A stretch of DNA of 28,364 nt from Oligoflexales bacterium (GTDB lineage Bacteria > Bdellovibrionota_B > Oligoflexia > Oligoflexales > RGVZ01). The notes beneath the pieces are model-generated. The model made no database searches, was not told the DNA's origin, and worked only from the letters and a program-made list of their open reading frames with translations. This document shows positions 26,350 to 28,364 of this stretch, one piece after another. The translations under genes were made by a program, and so were the position numbers. Positions within the stretch are counted from its first letter, which is position 1; each line of letters starts with the position of its first letter. The DNA is taken from positions 1-28,364 of the forward strand of contig JBIIGV010000030.1 in the NCBI GenBank assembly GCA_044236265.1, given 5' to 3'.

Positions 26350-26384
26350 CACCAGGCGACAATTTTAAAAGTTATCGCCTGGTG
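26350..26384. terminator. Hairpin between convergent genes
   Basis: CACCAGGCGA…TCGCCTGGTG, perfect 10-bp stem between the stops at 26301 (+) and 26424 (-). Confidence 0.65.
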
Positions 26385-26423
26385 CTTCTATTCAATCAGT
26401 CATCACAAGAAAAATCAGACGTC

Positions 26424-27440
26424 CTAACGGGACTTTGTGATCAGCTCCATCTTGATGGGGCTTTGAGCGCTATCATCGCGTCCACAGGCAATGCCAACGA
26501 CCTTCTCTCCCGACTGGGCAAGTCTTGATGAGAGTTCTGTTGCTGCCGTGCGACACTCTGCGAGCGATGTATGGGACCCGGGAAGTAACGTCGATCTCAG
26601 GATTAAGTCTGCGCCCAACGAGCGATCCCAGAAAAGAATATTGAGTTGAAAGCCAACCGTAGGGTGTGCAACTGAACATGCAGTAACTCCAACCCACTCT
26701 GTAATTTTTGTCTGTTCAAAAGAAGTCCTAGCTGCTTCGCAGTCTTGGAGTGTTGAGTAGTATCGCAAGCTCTTACTTAAAAGTCTGAATGGTGACTCGT
26801 TTGCCACAGCATAATAAGCAACACTTAAGCCTCTTTGGGACCTCACTGGGCCCTGATACCAAGCGACGGGTCTGAGATTAAGATCTGTAGCTTGTTGATG
26901 AAGGGTCGTAACTGCTGCATTTGCATCCTGAAGGGGATAGTAGGTGACGGCAGAGCTTTCATAACGACGAATATCTGTAGATCCAAGCGCATCGATACGA
27001 GTTCTGTAGCGCGGCGGACCAATTTCAGATGTTTTATGACAAAAGCTAATAAATGGGGTCAAATTCGTGAGTTTGTTGAAAAACTCTACTTCAATCACAA
27101 GTGCATCTTCGCACTGTTGCCTTGAAACGTAGAAGTCGATTTCTTCCCCGTATGTTGTGCTCATAGTGGACCAAGGCATAACGCGCTCTGTTGCTGAGTA
27201 AGCAATAGTTCCCGTCAGACTCCCGAGGACACCGTCTTTTTCGCATCCTGAGCTAATAAGACTTACGCCGGCACCCGCCTGAAACTTAGCTGCCGCGTCG
27301 GAAATCATCGCGCGGCATGACTCTTCTCCAAGGTCCGTGTCAATCGATCGAACCTCGTACGTGTAAACACCAGCGAGGGAGGGCGTGCCTACAATCATCC
27401 CAGCTGAAATGACAAACTGAGCTAAATAAATTTTTTTCAT
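26424..27440 (-). CDS. Secreted Cys-paired repeat protein of unknown function (338 aa)
   Basis: Start ATG 27440 (SD-like AAGGATGG), signal peptide MKKIYLAQFVISAGMIVGTPSLA, recurring S/T-xxx-C-xx-A…C units. Confidence 0.72.
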   Translation of the reverse strand: MKKIYLAQFVISAGMIVGTPSLAGVYTYEVRSIDTDLGEESCRAMISDAAAKFQAGAGVSLISSGCEKDGVLGSLTGTIAYSATERVMPWSTMSTTYGEEIDFYVSRQQCEDALVIEVEFFNKLTNLTPFISFCHKTSEIGPPRYRTRIDALGSTDIRRYESSAVTYYPLQDANAAVTTLHQQATDLNLRPVAWYQGPVRSQRGLSVAYYAVANESPFRLLSKSLRYYSTLQDCEAARTSFEQTKITEWVGVTACSVAHPTVGFQLNILFWDRSLGADLILRSTLLPGSHTSLAECRTAATELSSRLAQSGEKVVGIACGRDDSAQSPIKMELITKSR

Positions 27441-27776
27441 AAGGTAAACCATCCTTTCATTGCGGTCAGTGGCGGGGAGTCTAGTGTCTTTGACTGAAAT
27501 GAAAAATAGATTTTTTAAATTCAAAACATCCAAAAATGCTATGGAGTGGGCGGGCTGAGCGACGGGGTCGATAGGACGCAGAGAGAGGTGCGTGAAAGGG
27601 GCTACGGAGGATTGATTAATAAAATAATAATACTTTCATGGGCTTAAAAGTTTTTAGAAAGCGAATGATTAGCGACTTTTTATCGAATTTTACAATGTTC
27701 TGGATATTGCTACTCGGGCGAGCGAAGAGCAAGTGCGCTTCTTTAAAATTTAACTTCAAGTTTGTGGAGATTGGTT

Positions 27777-28259
27777 ATGTATAAGTGGTTTATCAGTCGG
27801 TGCGCTGTTTTAGTGATTTTTTTACAATCAGGGCAGGCATTAGCCTCAATTCCCTGTACTGCTGAAGATAAATTAAAGCTTCCTAGGCAGATTCAGGCGA
27901 CAACTGCCGTCAACGGTCAGTCGATTAAAATTAAAGTTACAGTGCCAGGTGAGGAGCACATCAGTCGATGCGCTGTGGCTGCTCTCGAATACGGTGATTT
28001 AATCTCTTATTCGTTTGCTCCAGGTTATGAGGCTGTGGTGGATCTTACTGTTGAAAATCCTATGTCTTTGTTTCAACCAACAAAGCGTTCGTTCAAGCTT
28101 AAATTTCTATCCCTTGATCCCACGTTGTTGGCAGATGAGAGAGAGCGGTTTCCACACCATGTTCGCATAAAAGACACTCAAGCCAAGATGGTTCACGATA
28201 TTTATCTAAACCGTGATGGTAGACCCGCAATGACTCGTTCCTACTTTATGAACAATTAA
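27777..28259 (+). CDS. Secreted hypothetical protein (160 aa)
   Basis: ATG 27777 with SD GGAGA, signal peptide …IFLQSGQALA, followed by a strong terminator. Confidence 0.7.
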   Translation: MYKWFISRCAVLVIFLQSGQALASIPCTAEDKLKLPRQIQATTAVNGQSIKIKVTVPGEEHISRCAVAALEYGDLISYSFAPGYEAVVDLTVENPMSLFQPTKRSFKLKFLSLDPTLLADERERFPHHVRIKDTQAKMVHDIYLNRDGRPAMTRSYFMNN

Positions 28260-28269
28260 CTGAGCATGA

Positions 28270-28308
28270 AAAAAAGCCCCCGGAGAGGATATCTCCGGGG
28301 GCTTTTTT
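28270..28308. terminator. Bidirectional rho-independent terminator
   Basis: AAAAAAGCCCCCGGAGA-GGATA-TCTCCGGGGGCTTTTTT, perfect stem with A and T tracts on both sides. Confidence 0.93.
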
Positions 28309-28316
28309 GCGTTTCA

Positions 28317-28364
28317 TTACTTCAACAGATTTTTAAACTGCTCGGTCATTAGTGGCACGACCTT
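28317..28364 (-). CDS. 3' end of a gene entering from the right edge, possibly electron transfer flavoprotein alpha subunit
   Basis: Minus strand reads KVVPLMTEQFKNLLK followed by TAA TGA, right before the terminator. Resembles the EtfA C-terminal helix, but only 15 residues are visible. Confidence 0.4.
   Translation of the reverse strand, partial: KVVPLMTEQFKNLLK

Noticed and set aside
194..27125. Numerous 60-125-aa alternative-frame and antisense ORFs in the track (e.g. 403..738, 5325..5687, 16468..16836, 23308..23550, 25027..25401)
   Set aside because: They lie within or antisense to well-supported genes or the tRNA and have no recognisable motifs.
23463..28364. tRNA-Leu as an integration site for a genomic island
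   Set aside because: No integrase, no repeat of the tRNA 3' end seen, and the following genes look like ordinary chromosomal genes.
1..28364. CRISPR array, DGR, retron, prophage or IS element
   Set aside because: No regularly spaced direct repeats, reverse transcriptase, transposase, integrase or phage structural genes seen by eye.

Overview
Gene-dense chromosomal window, roughly 45-50% GC by eye, with about 25 CDS and a tRNA-Leu(CAG). No integrase, transposase, phage gene or CRISPR array was seen. The gene mix and TCAAG-N14/15-CCGA sigma28-like promoters suggest a Bdellovibrionota/Oligoflexia-like bacterium; this is inference only. Housekeeping genes (orn, lysC, nrdAB, clpP, an MsbA-like ABC transporter, a DsbA-family protein, YeiH) alternate with many secreted proteins and lipoproteins of unknown function. 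The main observations are: (1) nrdB lacks about 50 nt near its 3' end, giving a premature TAG and leaving the essential Tyr-bearing tail out of frame, although nrdA and its NrdR-box promoter look intact. (2) A full-length RecQ-like protein has lost its ATPase motifs and Zn ligands and heads an apparent operon with a PhnP-like metallo-beta-lactamase-fold hydrolase and a thioredoxin-fold protein. (3) A PAS histidine-kinase-like protein has Tyr at the phospho-His position and sits behind a strong sigma28-like promoter; similar motifs precede a PilZ protein and a lectin-like lipoprotein. (4) lysC has a Shine-Dalgarno-preceded internal start for a beta subunit. All family assignments come from motif recognition by eye, not database searches.
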